A stretch of DNA of 63,522 nucleotides, filler included, from Asterionella formosa (Eukaryota): NCBI GenBank assembly GCA_002256025.1. It is 5 parts of 5 records of this genome, joined end to end, with 100 filler letters (N's around TTAATTAATTAA, not from the genome) between each part and the next. Parts side by side here need not be neighbours in the genome. Positions count along the whole stretch, not along the records: positions 1 to 12,643 come from NKIB01007339.1; 4 more parts are not named here. One strand, written 5' to 3'. Every line of letters begins with the position of its first letter. Position 1 is the first letter of the stretch. Of the stretch, positions 1-11,733 are shown piece after piece. Below the pieces are notes generated by a model. It was not told the DNA's origin, did not search any database, and saw only the letters and a list, made by a program, of their open reading frames with translations. A program made the position numbers and the translations under genes.

Positions 1-248
1 TAACACTCGTACGTAAACGAAATTTCGAAAAGTCAAATGAATTATTTGAAACATCAACTAATTCAGTCTCGCGTTCAAAATTCATTGTGAAAACTTCACA
101 TGAAACAGTTAAAACTTCACATGAAACAGTTAAAAGTAATCTTTTTTACGTGAAGAGTGGCATTAATGCATGTGAAGTACCACATAATTAACACTCATAC
201 GTAGACGAAATTTCGAAAAGTGGCGTATTTCGCGTCTTAGATGTAGTC

Positions 249-374
249 AAAAGGGTTACTATTTAAATTACGAGGGCATTTATCAAAATTATTAGATGAT
301 ATAACGAAAAATTTGATCAGATGATCATAATCCTATGATGCATCATGGAAATATGATGGTTTTTATTTGCAGAC
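249..374. mobile_element. Right end of a TIR DNA transposon family (terminus ...TTTTTATTTGCAGAC)
   Basis: Near-identical to 16572-16698. The terminus is the reverse complement of the GTCTGTAAATAAAAA ends at 11734 and 19715. Confidence 0.75.
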
Positions 375-519
375 AATTCCAAAATCTCTCAATGCCAGGT
401 TAAGAGTGTGTTCCTCATCACAACTATCGTTGCTTGACAGCACAAGAAGCCACTGCATATTTTAGGTTGATATCAGGAGTTTTTTAGCATTAGATAGATG
501 ACAGGACTATGGTTTCTAT

Positions 520-830
520 GGTATATTAACCAAATGACGTATTTTTTGTAAATAGTAATAAAAGTAATATCAACCCCTGGGAGGACATTAAGAACCAATT
601 GTGGTCTTTTTCAGTAAATAGTAATGGAAAGCAAAATCAACTCCCAGAAAAGGGACATCATGAACCACATGTGGTCTTGTTCTGTAAACTGCAAGAAAAA
701 GTTTATCAAATCCTGATTGTAAAAGAATGTACCAAACATCATGAACCAAATGTGGTCTTGTTCTGTAAACTGCAATAAGAAGTTTATCAAATCCTGACTG
801 TAAAAGAATGTACCAACTCCTGGAAGAAAT
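520..830. repeat. Degenerate ~81-bp tandem repeat beside the tRNA 3' end
   Basis: ACATCATGAACCA.ATGTGGTCTTGTTCTGTAAACTGCAA...AAAAGAATGTACCAA occurs at 655 and 736, with more diverged units at ~520-655. Confidence 0.8.
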
Positions 831-834
831 TGCC

Positions 835-907
835 TTCCGATATCGGGACTCGAACCCGAGTCACAGCCGTGAGAGGGCCGTATGATAACCACCTACACCA
901 TATCGGA
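835..907 (-). tRNA. tRNA-Glu (CTC)
   Basis: Minus strand reads TCCGATATGGTGTAGGTGGTTATCATACGGCCCTCTCACGGCTGTGACTCGGGTTCGAGTCCCGATATCGGAA. It has a 7-bp acceptor stem, anticodon loop CT-CTC-AC and T-loop GGTTCGAGTCC. Confidence 0.93.
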
Positions 908-1509
908 GGAGCTGCAAAATGAGGTGGTCAACAACTCTTTATGAATGTTTGTGTTGGACCATTAGGGGGCACAACGCGGTGATTACCGGTATACCCCATG
1001 ATACTGATAATTTTCATTTCCCAAATGTACAATGCATGCTGTCTGTGCAAGTTGTTGTTTTCCAAATCATATATTTACACCTGAATGTAGTACATAAGAA
1101 CCGTCGTTCACGGCAGCTTCCTCTCGAAAATGTGTTCCAGGTACTGGTTCCGTAACGTTTCGTCAACAGTCCGTCAGCCACCTGAAGCAAATTGTATATA
1201 TTTGTTTGCTTTTGTATCTTCGTTGTGGTGTCGGACCTCTGCCACATGTGTGGCCTTGTTTATTCGTGCCGTGAGACAGCATAAAAAGGTGGGTTTCAGA
1301 ACATGTGGTGATCTTGAACGGAAAGAAGCAAGGAACCACTTGACGAAGTGAGCGCATGTGGATCTAAATGCTTTGTGTGCATGAAATTATATACGTGACT
1401 ATATTTAGCTGATATTCATGAAGATTTCGCTCATAAACCTTGCTCACTACATGCAGTTCTTACAGAAGGACCAGTGTACTATATTAGGTTGCGCCGAGCC
1501 GATAACAAG

Positions 1510-2545
1510 ATGAGGCGATCCGTCAAGAAAGCCACAGAGCCGAAGGGAGAAATAGAGGAGTCCAGCTCCTTCACGATGCCAACAAACAGCGGCATCCCTC
1601 CGCCCCCGCTTCCTGCCTCTGCCGCTAATTCAGACTCTGATGCAGCTATCTTTCTTCAATCTCTTCAAGATCCAGATATTGTGGAACGAGTAAGAGCTAC
1701 AATTCCTAATGCCCACGTGTTTAAACTGCCCCCTCGACAGTCTGCCACTATCGGTTGGAGAGGTGCTGACTGGAAAGAAAAGGTCTGGCAGGGGACGGTA
1801 AAGGTCGTTGAACGAGGTGAACTCACGGCTGTATTGTTGGTAGATAAGACCAAAGGAAGCATCTTTGCTGTTTGCCCAGTCAAGGAGGGAGCTGTTGATC
1901 GTTGTGTCGATTCGTCGCGATACTTCGTCCTTCGCATTGAAAATGCCAATGGCAGACACATGTTCATTGGGGTCGCATTCAATGAACGCAATGATGCCTT
2001 TGATTTCAACACATCTTTAGAAGATAGTCAAAGAGAACGAGAGCAAGAGTCAAACCCTGCAATCTTAGATTTGGGACCTCCTAAAGATTACAGTATCAAG
2101 GTAGGAGAAAAGATCAAAGTTAGCATCCCTAAACAGCAGACTAACAAGTATGGAGAGAGTAAGTTGTACGAATCATTGAATTGGACATGCTTAAAAATTA
2201 TACTAACAGAATCACACAATAGCCCTAGATAAGAAGGACAAAGGCAAAGAGAAGAAGCCGGTTTTGAAATTGTCGTCGAAAGATACACCGCAACGTACAG
2301 CAGGCTTGGCTCCTCCGAAACAGGATTCTAGATCCAAAACTAAAGAGCCAGTAGATTCATTTTTCGATGCTTCGGATCCCTTTCCTGTCAATACGTTTGG
2401 GGAAGAATCAATTTTTTTTGCTGGGGGAATGGACGATCAGTTTATGGGCACAAGCAATCCATTCTTCGTTGCGCCACCTCCTTCAGCGAAGAAATCAAGC
2501 AAACAGTTTGACCCAAGGAATTACAAGACTGAGGCAGGACGCTAG
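1510..2545 (+). CDS. NECAP: NECAP-like adaptin ear-binding coat-associated protein (PHear domain), 2 exons
   Basis: Motifs HVFKLPPR..GWRGADW, VDSSRYFVLRI and FIGVAFNERNDAFDF. An intron from GTAAGT at 2159 to AG at 2222 or 2228 (branch TACTAAC at 2201) joins in frame to ORF 2264-2545. The start could be 1510 or 1576. Confidence 0.88.
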
Positions 2546-2696
2546 TGTCTACGGGGAATTCGATGTCAGTTTTGTCTAGCTAGTTCATTCATTTGTTAGT
2601 AAGCGGGAGTCTATTGTGTGCCTTCATGGAGCGCATCAATTACTGTCCATACTGTCAACTCAGTTAGGCGTTGCATATTAGTTTGTGTATCACCCT

Positions 2697-2920
2697 GGGG
2701 GAAAAGCTTAGTTGGTTTGCTCGCCTTCAGAGGTGGCGGGTTTAATTCCGGCATTCTCCACCTGCTTTGTTTATGTAGTCCCTTGGGTTCCGGGTTGTGA
2801 GGCAGACAACAAGCAGGTCTAAGGCCCTCTGGGCGGCCAAGTGCAACTTCACAACCTCCATATTTCTCGAGTACTTTAACAATAGCATACTATAAAATTT
2901 ACTTTATCATTTTTTTATTT
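2697..2920 (+). mobile_element. tRNA-derived SINE-like retroposon with 19-bp TSD
   Basis: TTAGTTTGTGTATCACCCT is directly repeated at 2678-2696 and 2921-2939. The insert starts with a tRNA-like head (A-box-like AGCTTAGTTGG, B-box-like GGTTTAATTCC, ending CTCCA at 2760) and ends in a T-rich tail. Confidence 0.8.
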
Positions 2921-2943
2921 TTAGTTTGTGTATCACCCTACCT

Positions 2944-4416
2944 TTAATTTGGTCTAGGTAACGTTGGTTCCCACAACCACACTGAAGCGTCATCGCAACA
3001 AGACACAAGAAATTTGGAATCTGGACTTATTGCAACCATGCGAACCGTCGAATAGCAGTGCGGATGTACCAAACTCTCGTAAAATTTCTTTGTCGGATGA
3101 GTGGGCCCGATCTCCCAAAGCTTGATTTCTCCTTGTGTATTGCCAATAGCCAAAATATTCGTATTGGCATCTGTACCAAATCGAATGAACCAAACGTCAC
3201 ACTTGGTGATGCTAAATTCCCGTAAAGCAACAACTTCACAAGGAAGTCGAATCCCAGCCGACTTCCTTGTGGTCGATTTTGATAGTTCTGGATACCACAG
3301 AACAACCCTATCATGTGTATCTTTCGATAATACCAAGTCTCCAACGAATTGTACCGAATCGACATAGTTGGAATGGATTTTATTCGTCGAAAAGTAGGGC
3401 ATTTGCTCGTAAACCGTTCGAAACGGTTTATCGTTTGTCGCCGACCACAATTTCGGACCAACTCCAGAGGCCTGGGGAATGTGACCCACATTCCAGAGCT
3501 TGACGGTTGTGTCCATGCCAGCACTAACAATGCGATCACCGAGGGGGTGCCAGGCAACGCTCAAGATGCTGTCCCGATGGCCTTCGTGGCCGGCAAAAAT
3601 TGCAAGGCAGGTGCAGGTTTGGACATTCCATAATCTCATGGATTCATCCTTTGAAGCGCTTACCAGCAGCCAAGTGTCTGTTGGACTGAACTTGAGGTCA
3701 TAAATGTCGTCACCATGGCCTGAAAGAGTAGAAACCAACATCTTTCTCACGGGATCAATCACTTTGATGACTCCACGAGTGCCAGCAACAAGGAGTAGCT
3801 CGGGTCCATCAAATGAATCAGTGTGGACAAGGGAAGGATAGCCTAATTCATCCTTGTTAACTTCTCGCGAACTATGTTGATCCACATTCGTTGTTTTAGC
3901 ATCGATGAACAGAGGCGCATTCGTACATCGTGGCGAATATCCAAGGCGATTGCCAAGGCTGCGACCTCCAAATGCACAGGAGTAATATGTCTCGCCTTCG
4001 TCAGTATCGATATAGCCCTGTCGAAGCAGTATCCCAGAAGATCTTCTAGTTTGCTTGTCGTCCAACATCTCTACTTCATAGATAGTTATTTGATTGGCTC
4101 CACAGGTTGCAAAGGTTCGCAGTGTCCTCGGTTTTAGTTTGGATTGCTCCCTTGAACAACTTACCTCATTATCAGAAAAGTTCCTTTCATCAATGACAAA
4201 TCGGTCAATCAAACCATCATCATAGAACGTATCAGTGGACCAGACGACACAATATATAGGTTTGCTATGAAGTTCTTTTGATGATCCCAAGCATCGAAAA
4301 TTGGACGGTAAATTCTTCTTGGTCGAACCGTTTGATAGCGTATTGGTGGCCTGTGTTGGTTCAACAAAAGCAGGAGATATTGTTTGAACAGTTGTGCGGG
4401 CAGGTCCATCAGTCAT
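2944..4416 (-). CDS. EED: Polycomb PRC2 WD40 subunit EED/ESC
   Basis: 490-aa WD40 ORF with EED motifs FATCGANQITIYE, GHGDDIYDLKF, SASKDESMRLWN, IFAGHEGHRD, IHSNYVD and CDVWFIRF. Confidence 0.92.
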   Translation of the reverse strand: MTDGPARTTVQTISPAFVEPTQATNTLSNGSTKKNLPSNFRCLGSSKELHSKPIYCVVWSTDTFYDDGLIDRFVIDERNFSDNEVSCSREQSKLKPRTLRTFATCGANQITIYEVEMLDDKQTRRSSGILLRQGYIDTDEGETYYSCAFGGRSLGNRLGYSPRCTNAPLFIDAKTTNVDQHSSREVNKDELGYPSLVHTDSFDGPELLLVAGTRGVIKVIDPVRKMLVSTLSGHGDDIYDLKFSPTDTWLLVSASKDESMRLWNVQTCTCLAIFAGHEGHRDSILSVAWHPLGDRIVSAGMDTTVKLWNVGHIPQASGVGPKLWSATNDKPFRTVYEQMPYFSTNKIHSNYVDSVQFVGDLVLSKDTHDRVVLWYPELSKSTTRKSAGIRLPCEVVALREFSITKCDVWFIRFGTDANTNILAIGNTQGEIKLWEIGPTHPTKKFYESLVHPHCYSTVRMVAISPDSKFLVSCCDDASVWLWEPTLPRPN

Positions 4417-5956
4417 GTTATCGATGTGTCTTCTTACAATCTACTCAAAGTACCTGGCACCTTTATCTATTTGAATAGCAGGCATTGGCGAAAAAATTTT
4501 AAGCTGAGAAATACCTGGGTGTTGTCGTAAAGAAGGTTTTTACTAGAAGGAAAACAAAGCTAAATTTCTCATTTTCCGCAGCTTGCTGGTACTACTAGGC
4601 TTATACTGTTCATATTTGTTGTCGTCGTGGAAAAATGATGTAGAATTTGTACCGGTAAAATGATTTTTTTCTCATTATTTATATATTAAAAAAATCACTC
4701 CCAAATAGTTCCTTGTCGCACTAAAATTCCAACATCTCTTGCATTTTTCCAGAGATGTCTGTGGTGTGGCAAGATAAGGACCTGACAATATTCTTTGCAA
4801 TCGCTCACTTGTGAGACCTCTCCATTCAACTCCCATTTTGCTCCGCAAAAGGTAGGGTGCATTGCTGAACCTACATCAGCGGCTTTCATGATTGAAAGTT
4901 GCGGCTGTCAAAAGCCATATTCTGATCATCGATTTTTTACCCCGAATAGTACGTGTCAAAAAAATAACAGCACCGAGAATCGAATCTCTGTCAGTGCAAC
5001 TTTACGACCTGATACAACACGTAAGAACCGCTTGATCGAAATGACTTGATGAAATTTTCCGTAATGTATTTTGGGGTGCCATAATATTTTCTCTGCCTTT
5101 CTGCCTTGCAGATTACTGCACTCACGACCGGGGTACCTTTACTACGAATGGAGTTTTGGTTTTGGGTACCAGAGGGAGTTGCGACAAATGACAGTTTTTA
5201 CTTTAAGGCAATCACCGAGAGTTCCGGGAAAGTCCGAATATTGCGAATATTGTCCGTAAATATATAATCAAACCAGCCATATGTGAGCAAACCTTAAAAA
5301 TGGCTTACCGTCATGTTCATTATGTATCAGTATGGTGTAGTGGTACCGGTAGGTAACTTTTGTTCAAATTGTGTACATACCTGTGCCACCTTACTGGGTA
5401 CCTGGTACTGGTCGTCAGTATACATACGTATTCAGTATGCAAGGTAAAATCAGATGATATACTACCGGTAAACTAAAAATATTTATTACTCTGGGGTATG
5501 ATGGTAAACCATGACATAGATCACCACCCCTACCTCCAACCCAAAGCACTAACTGAAACATGGTCGTATGCATATGGTGACATATGACGGTGCCAGGTAC
5601 TGTATGATGTAGGCAAGATAGTCTACCACTATCTGCTAAATTGCTTATATATTTCTCGAAATTTCAGATGCATCCTTTCTGTGATGAGGAGGAATAACAA
5701 AACAGATTGTCTGCTTGTTTCTTCCAGAACCAGCCCATAACAGTCCTTGTTGTCTCAATGCGAAGAACAAGATTCACAGAGTAAGATCTTGGCTGGTTAT
5801 TAATACACAAGACCTTTTTCCATATCATATCAAACAATACATGTTCAAGTTCAACCTGAGGATGACAAAGAGCAAGCATGAGAAAGGTATACAGCCATAG
5901 TTACCAAAACGCAAAACCAGATAGCTCCTTGTTTCCAAAAATAGGACCCAGAGGAA

Positions 5957-6080
5957 TAATAGCAGAAACAGCAGAAACAGCAGAAACAGCAGAAACAACA
6001 GCAACAACAGCAACAACACCAACAACAGCAACAATAGAAGCAACAGGAAGCAACAGCAGAAACAACAGCAACAGCAGGCA
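5957..6080 (+). repeat. CAG/CAA-rich microsatellite (CAGCAGAAA units)
   Basis: Repeated CAGCAGAAA and CAACAG units, giving poly-Q-like or poly-L ORF translations. Confidence 0.8.
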
Positions 6081-6244
6081 GCTGATGGATTGATGCTCAT
6101 GGATACTTATGTATGCAACCAAATGACTTCCTTGTTCTACTCAGGTTCTTTATTGACAAGACACACACCGTCGAAAAAGGAGAGTACACAATGCAGCCTG
6201 TCCGATGTCACTTGGTATATTTACTACCAATGTAAGGAAGAAAT

Positions 6245-9200
6245 ATGGTAAATGTATGCTGGCCAATTGGATTGATCCCAAAACTGACCTCATCAAGTCT
6301 ATTTGAAATCCAGTTCCTAGTAACCCCTGCTGATCACCAAAGGAATCCGATTATCACGCTGTCCTTGGTGCGATTCTTGAGGGGGTCCAGAGCGTCCAAT
6401 AAGCTGATGGATTCAAACACATTTTCATTTTCGGGGCGATCTAGTAAGGACCTTATAAAGCTATTGCATTGTAGAATAGTCACTTTATTGGAAGCGATGA
6501 TGTGGAAATTTAGAAAGGCATCCAATCTCTAACATTCATGTATTCAATTCTTCTGGTTGGTGGCTGGGCAACGCTTTTCCATACGAGACATTGCTTGTCC
6601 CTAGACCTGCTGTCAGCTTTCAAGAATAAAGGATAGATTTTTGGATTGAATGAAATTTCTTTGGATAACACTAAATTATTCACCTCCTTTACCTAGAGCA
6701 TGTCACCCATTCTGACAGCAAGCTTGCTGCATACTACTTCTTACATCCTCTCTTTGCCCATGCTGCTGGCACTATTTTATCATGTCTTGCACCACTCCCT
6801 CGCTATTCTGATTCTGTTGATTCAGTGAAATTTGTAGCTGCAATCTTAGCTTATCGGTAGGGTGAACTTTCTAAGGATCGCAAATACACCACTTGTGAAC
6901 TGTCCCTTCATTTCCTTCCAGATCTTGACTCTCACTCTTTCCCTGTTCAAGTTCAGCTCAAGGCCCTAGAGGATCTGGCTCCTGATGATCAAGTTCCTCC
7001 CTCTCTCCTTGTCACCAATCTTGCATTAGTACTTCTTAGAGTCCTTCTTTTCATCATGACACTCCCTTGATTCTCTTTGCACACCATCTCCAGCATCATC
7101 CCTCCCGCCCTCCTTCCTCTAGACCTCCCACTAGTAGACCTCCTCATCACCCCTTCCGCCAATGTGAAGGGCTTCAATGTGATGCATGTGGCACTTGGGG
7201 ACACTCTGACACTTGGTGCCTTGTCCACCGATACATATCCTCTCATCGAGACCATGCTGATCGGGCTGCTGCTACATGGAAAGAGATTCACAGCACCACT
7301 CACCGGCGTGCTATGGCACATCACTTACATCACCTTCAACCTGATATCCCAGTCTCTGATCTTAATCTCACACTGGAAAATGCCATTTATGAAGCGGATT
7401 TTCTCCAAGCCGGTCATTTTACCATCCCCAGAATGATGAACGGGTTCCTCGGGACGGCGGAACAACTGTCGGAGAGCCCTAGAATGCTCTGTTGTCAACG
7501 CCAATACCACCGGCTCCTTCATGTGATCTCCAGCTCTTGGTTTCTCCACTGGCTCCTATTGTTGATTCTTTCCACACCACACACCTTCTATGTCCTACTA
7601 GGGCTGTTACTCTTCCTGACAACCTTAATCCTCTCCATCTGGACTGTGCACCCCCACTTCCCCCCACATTCTCCATTCAGCTTCTTCTCCTGCTCTCCTT
7701 CCTATTGTCCATACTGCTCGTCTTAATGATCTTTCTGTAAATACCCCATCTCAACATCCTCATGCAGCTGTGGGTGAACAATGTGATATTGGGGCCAATA
7801 TTTGTGCTACTGCCAATCTATCCCTCCTCCACCACTATACCCCTTAAGACAAACCTTTTGACCTCCTAGGCGCGGACGCTTCTGTATCTGGTATGCTCTG
7901 CCCTGGATTTGGTTTCTTCTCCATGTTTTTCACTAACTGCAGAAATTGTGATGTATTAGTACTGCCCACAACTTTCCGAGACTCTGATTTCCCCACAACA
8001 TGCATATTTGCTCACAATCGTACAACAACTTATCTAGTTTTGAAATTCAATGTCGCAATATGGACACTGCGTTTGTACGCTTCTTTCGATCCTCTGATTA
8101 TCATTTTTCTGATGCGCCCTCGACTCGCACAAACAATCTCTTCTACTTCAAACAATTTACTATCACACCTCATGCCAACAGGTTGTCACCTTTGCTTTCC
8201 ACTGAACTCTGGCATCAACGACTTGGTCATCCTGGCATGCATCAGCTTCGCCATTTACAACAGTGTGTCGCTGGTCTTCCTCATGGCCTACATCACCAAT
8301 TTCATCCACTACACCATTGCAAAATCTGCAGTGAAACCCATGCCCGGAAGAATCACATGGGCCACATATCCCCTGTAGATCACCTCCTCGCTCACTGGTT
8401 CTCGTTTTCATTTGGATTTTGGATTCCTGCGTGCAAGCTCTGATTCTTTTCATAAGACACCTGGTGCATCACGTGTTGTTGACTCCTGTGATGGACAAAA
8501 TTCCTATCTGCTTATTACGGATGCCAAAACTAGATTCACTTGGGTTTTTCTCACTACCAGCAAGGCCCCACCCATTGACCTTGTTGAAATCTTCTTGCTC
8601 CAGCAAGAATGGTCTTCCGAATGGTTACCCTGCTCTCCACCTTGATCAAGGAGGTGAGATTTGGCGCTCTGACGCCTTACGAAATGTCACTGCTAATGCA
8701 GGCTAATTCATGGAACCTACTGGTAGTGACAGTCCTCATCAAAATGGTAAAGTTGAACGTCTCAATGGCATTTTTGGTGTCATGGTGCGCTCACTTCTTT
8801 ATTCTTCTGTCCTACCACCCAAATATTGGAGTGCTGCCCTTGTCCATGCTGTGCATCTCAAGAACCGTCTGTGGCATTCTGTTCTTGCTTGTAAATCCTT
8901 TGAATTGTGGAACGGACATAAGCCTGATCTTTCCCACTTGCGTGTTTTTGGATCTATTTTAACAACTCGTATTCCTGGTGCTCGCCCTGCAAAATCGGAT
9001 CGTCACTCTTATGATGGTATATTCCTTGGTTATGAAGGGTCCACCAAAAATGTGATGTATATTGATGTTCATTCTGGATGGGTGTTGGTGGCAGTTTCAC
9101 CTTTGATAAATCACATTATACCTCCTCCCATCAACCCCCTGGCCCACAATTTCTTTTTGATCTTGTACCTACAATGGTGTCTACTCCTGCTGCTGATAGT

Positions 9201-10641
9201 AGTGAACCTTTCTTCAATTCTCTGTTAGCTAGCAAACTCTGCACCATGGCCTTCCTCCCTTTCATTGGCTGCTCCCTCTCGTTTCTCTTCTCCTCTTGCA
9301 TGCAATTTCGCCTTGTAGCCCAGCCCTGCCACAACTCCTATGGATCCCAATCTTCCAACAGGCAACATTACCCCATCTGTTGACTGTGGTCCACCTCTTG
9401 CTGTTGCAGCAGCAGCAGCAGCAGCATCCCTTACTGCTCTTGAAGTCATGTCTATTGAATTATCTGGAAATCCCTTTGGACCATCCTTTGTTAAAACAAT
9501 ACCAATTACTGGAACCCATGAAACTGCTGGTCTACAACTTCAATTTGATTCTCTCCGTGGTCGCCTTTGTCTCCTGGCCTGTCTTCCTGGTACACCTGCT
9601 GCTTGCATCAGTAGATGGAGATCATCCCGCCTTCGCTTTGCCTACATTCTCTACATCAATGATGTTTTGATTGACAATCTTTCTGACTTTAAACAAGTCA
9701 TTCAAACATTTCATCACCATAAAGCCATCACCAACACCATCTGCCTTACTTTTGATGAAATTCGGAACTCTCTCTTCTTCTGAACTTCCTCAACTCTAGT
9801 TTGATCACCTTTGTGACTTGCGCACCATCATTCAGAGTCTTTGTCAATCCCTGGCCCTGCTACTCCTTCTGGTGCCCTTGCCTGTCGTCTTACCAATCTG
9901 ACTGGTCTGATTGGCTTGCCTCTGAATTTGAGCAGCTTGATCAATATGATAAGCAAGACATGTTTGGTTCCCCTGTTGCTCCCCCTGCTGCAATCTTCCA
10001 TTGGGTTTGGATCTACAAGTTTAAGGATGAAGATAACTATCATAAAAAGGCAAGAGCTGTTTGTGATGGTTCTACTCGTGGTGGCCAAGCACAAATCCAT
10101 GGCCCCACTTATGCTCCCACCCCTGAGCGATATGACCGATCTTTGCCTCTTCTGTGTCCTTGCCGCTCTTGAAAACAAGTTAATCTGCTATGGAGCTGAT
10201 TTTTCTAATGCTTTTGCTGAAGCTGCTGCTCCTGTACAACAATATTTTATGCAAGTTGATGTTCAATTTCGTGATTGGTGGGCCAGCAAAGGGCGTTCCC
10301 CCATTCCAGCAGATTTTGTCATTCCCATCCTCAAGAATCTCAAAGGTCACCCTGACGCCCCTCATCAGTGGTTTTATCATATTGATAATATCCTTCAAAC
10401 TTACCAGTTTATTCCTACTGCCCATGCTCCTTGCATTTATCGTGCCACTATCAACAAGGAAAATGTCATATTTCTTTGCCAAGTGGATGATTTTGCCATG
10501 GCCACTAACAATGAACAGCTTTACACTCAAATTTGCAACTCTCTTGACACAAACCTTCTTGTACTACCCATGAAACGCCAAGGACTCTTGACACACAATG
10601 ATGGTCTTGACATTGTTCAAACTCGTACCTTCATCACTGCC
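6245..10641 (+). mobile_element. Decayed Ty1/copia LTR retrotransposon (diatom CoDi-like) gag-pol, truncated in RT
   Basis: Domains in order: zinc knuckle CDACGTWGHSDTWC (~7170), protease CDIGANICAT (~7782), LWHQRLGH..CKIC, integrase DFGF/DQGGE/QNGKVERLN, RT KARAVCDGS, DFSNAF, QVDDF. Many stops and frameshifts. No LTR found, so the 5' boundary is approximate. Confidence 0.92.
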
Positions 10642-10975
10642 TCTGCAAATAGAAAACATCTAATTCGTGTGATACATCTTATAATGGCGATCATATGATC
10701 ATATAAATTCGAGTTATCATCTTATTTGAATAATATTTGTCATCATGTGGAATCATATTGTATGTATACCATCACTGGCTGCAAACATCAACAACCGCTT
10801 AATCTGAATGCGTGTTGCATGAGTAGGACAGTCGTACATGGGTATGTGTATATATCTGCTGCAGCAATCTATAGTTTAGAAGACATAGTATGCATTTATC
10901 ATGCACAGAAAAATTCTGTGCCAGTTATCCTATGATACCCCTGATCTTATAAGTAGGATATTTTTTATTTGCAGA
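10642..10975. mobile_element. MITE-like 334-bp TIR element
   Basis: TCTGCAAATAGAAAACATC at 10642 and GATATTTTTTATTTGCAGA ending at 10975 form imperfect inverted repeats that match the family termini. The interior is AT-rich and non-coding. Confidence 0.72.
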
Positions 10976-10995
10976 TGCGTACACTGTGGTTCTTA

Positions 10996-11732
10996 TGTCT
11001 CTTCCCCTGGGATCACAAAAATCGTAAGGCATTTCAACATATACCTCTTCATCAATTTCGGCTTGATAGAAGGCATTACTAAAATCGATTTGCTGAGCCG
11101 CAAGGTTTAACACAATGGACATCACCAGTAAAGCACAAACAGTGGACCATTGGACAACCGGAGCATATGTCTCAAAGAATTCCACTCCTTCAACTTGCAG
11201 GGGAGCGACCCAGAGGAAACTCCATCTAATTTGTTGGCAATTCATCCTTAGGTACATTCATATGAGGTAAGATTTTTGCTTGCATCTGTTTGTGATGTTG
11301 AATGTCGTTTTGTTCACTGGAAGTTAACCAATCACCATGTAAATCAAGGAAACATGTTCATGTTCATCAAATTCAGTATGAAACCAGGATTCATGAAATA
11401 ATTTCCCCAGTGAGCTGGAGGATCATCAGAATCAGAGATGGACATAACAGTGGTAAAGTAGTCATCCAAAACCACGTGAAACTGAGGTGAAATGGTGCCT
11501 GTTTTTAGGTTCAGTACTAGGGAGACATTGCTACTATGAGAAGGAGAGATTCCCATAAAATCGCACGACGAGATTTAGGTTGCCTGACCATTCTGTAAAG
11601 TGGGGTCCAGTACATAACAAGGGCAACCCCAGACATGAAAATCTTTAATTCCATGACGAGGCACAATGCTAGTACTTGTGAAAATATCAAGGGGGGATTG
11701 ACCAGATTTTGGGTTTGGCATATGGTTGTATA
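10996..11732 (-). mobile_element. Fragment of a second copia family (integrase C-terminus and RT start, internally deleted)
   Basis: YNHMPNPKSGQSPLDIF, FHVWGCPCYVLDPTLQ, VLNLKTGTISPQFHVVLDDYFTTV, then ETYAPVVQWSTV..QIDFSNAF..VYVEMP. Confidence 0.9.
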
Positions 11733-11733
11733 C

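Noticed and set aside
520..830. CRISPR-like array
   Set aside because: The units are contiguous with no unique spacers, there are no cas genes, and the context is eukaryotic.
611..892. 93-aa ORF with an internal repeat
   Set aside because: It is the translation of the tRNA plus the 81-bp tandem repeat.
5825..6122. Poly-Leu and Ala/Val-rich ORFs
   Set aside because: Translations of a CAG/CAA microsatellite.
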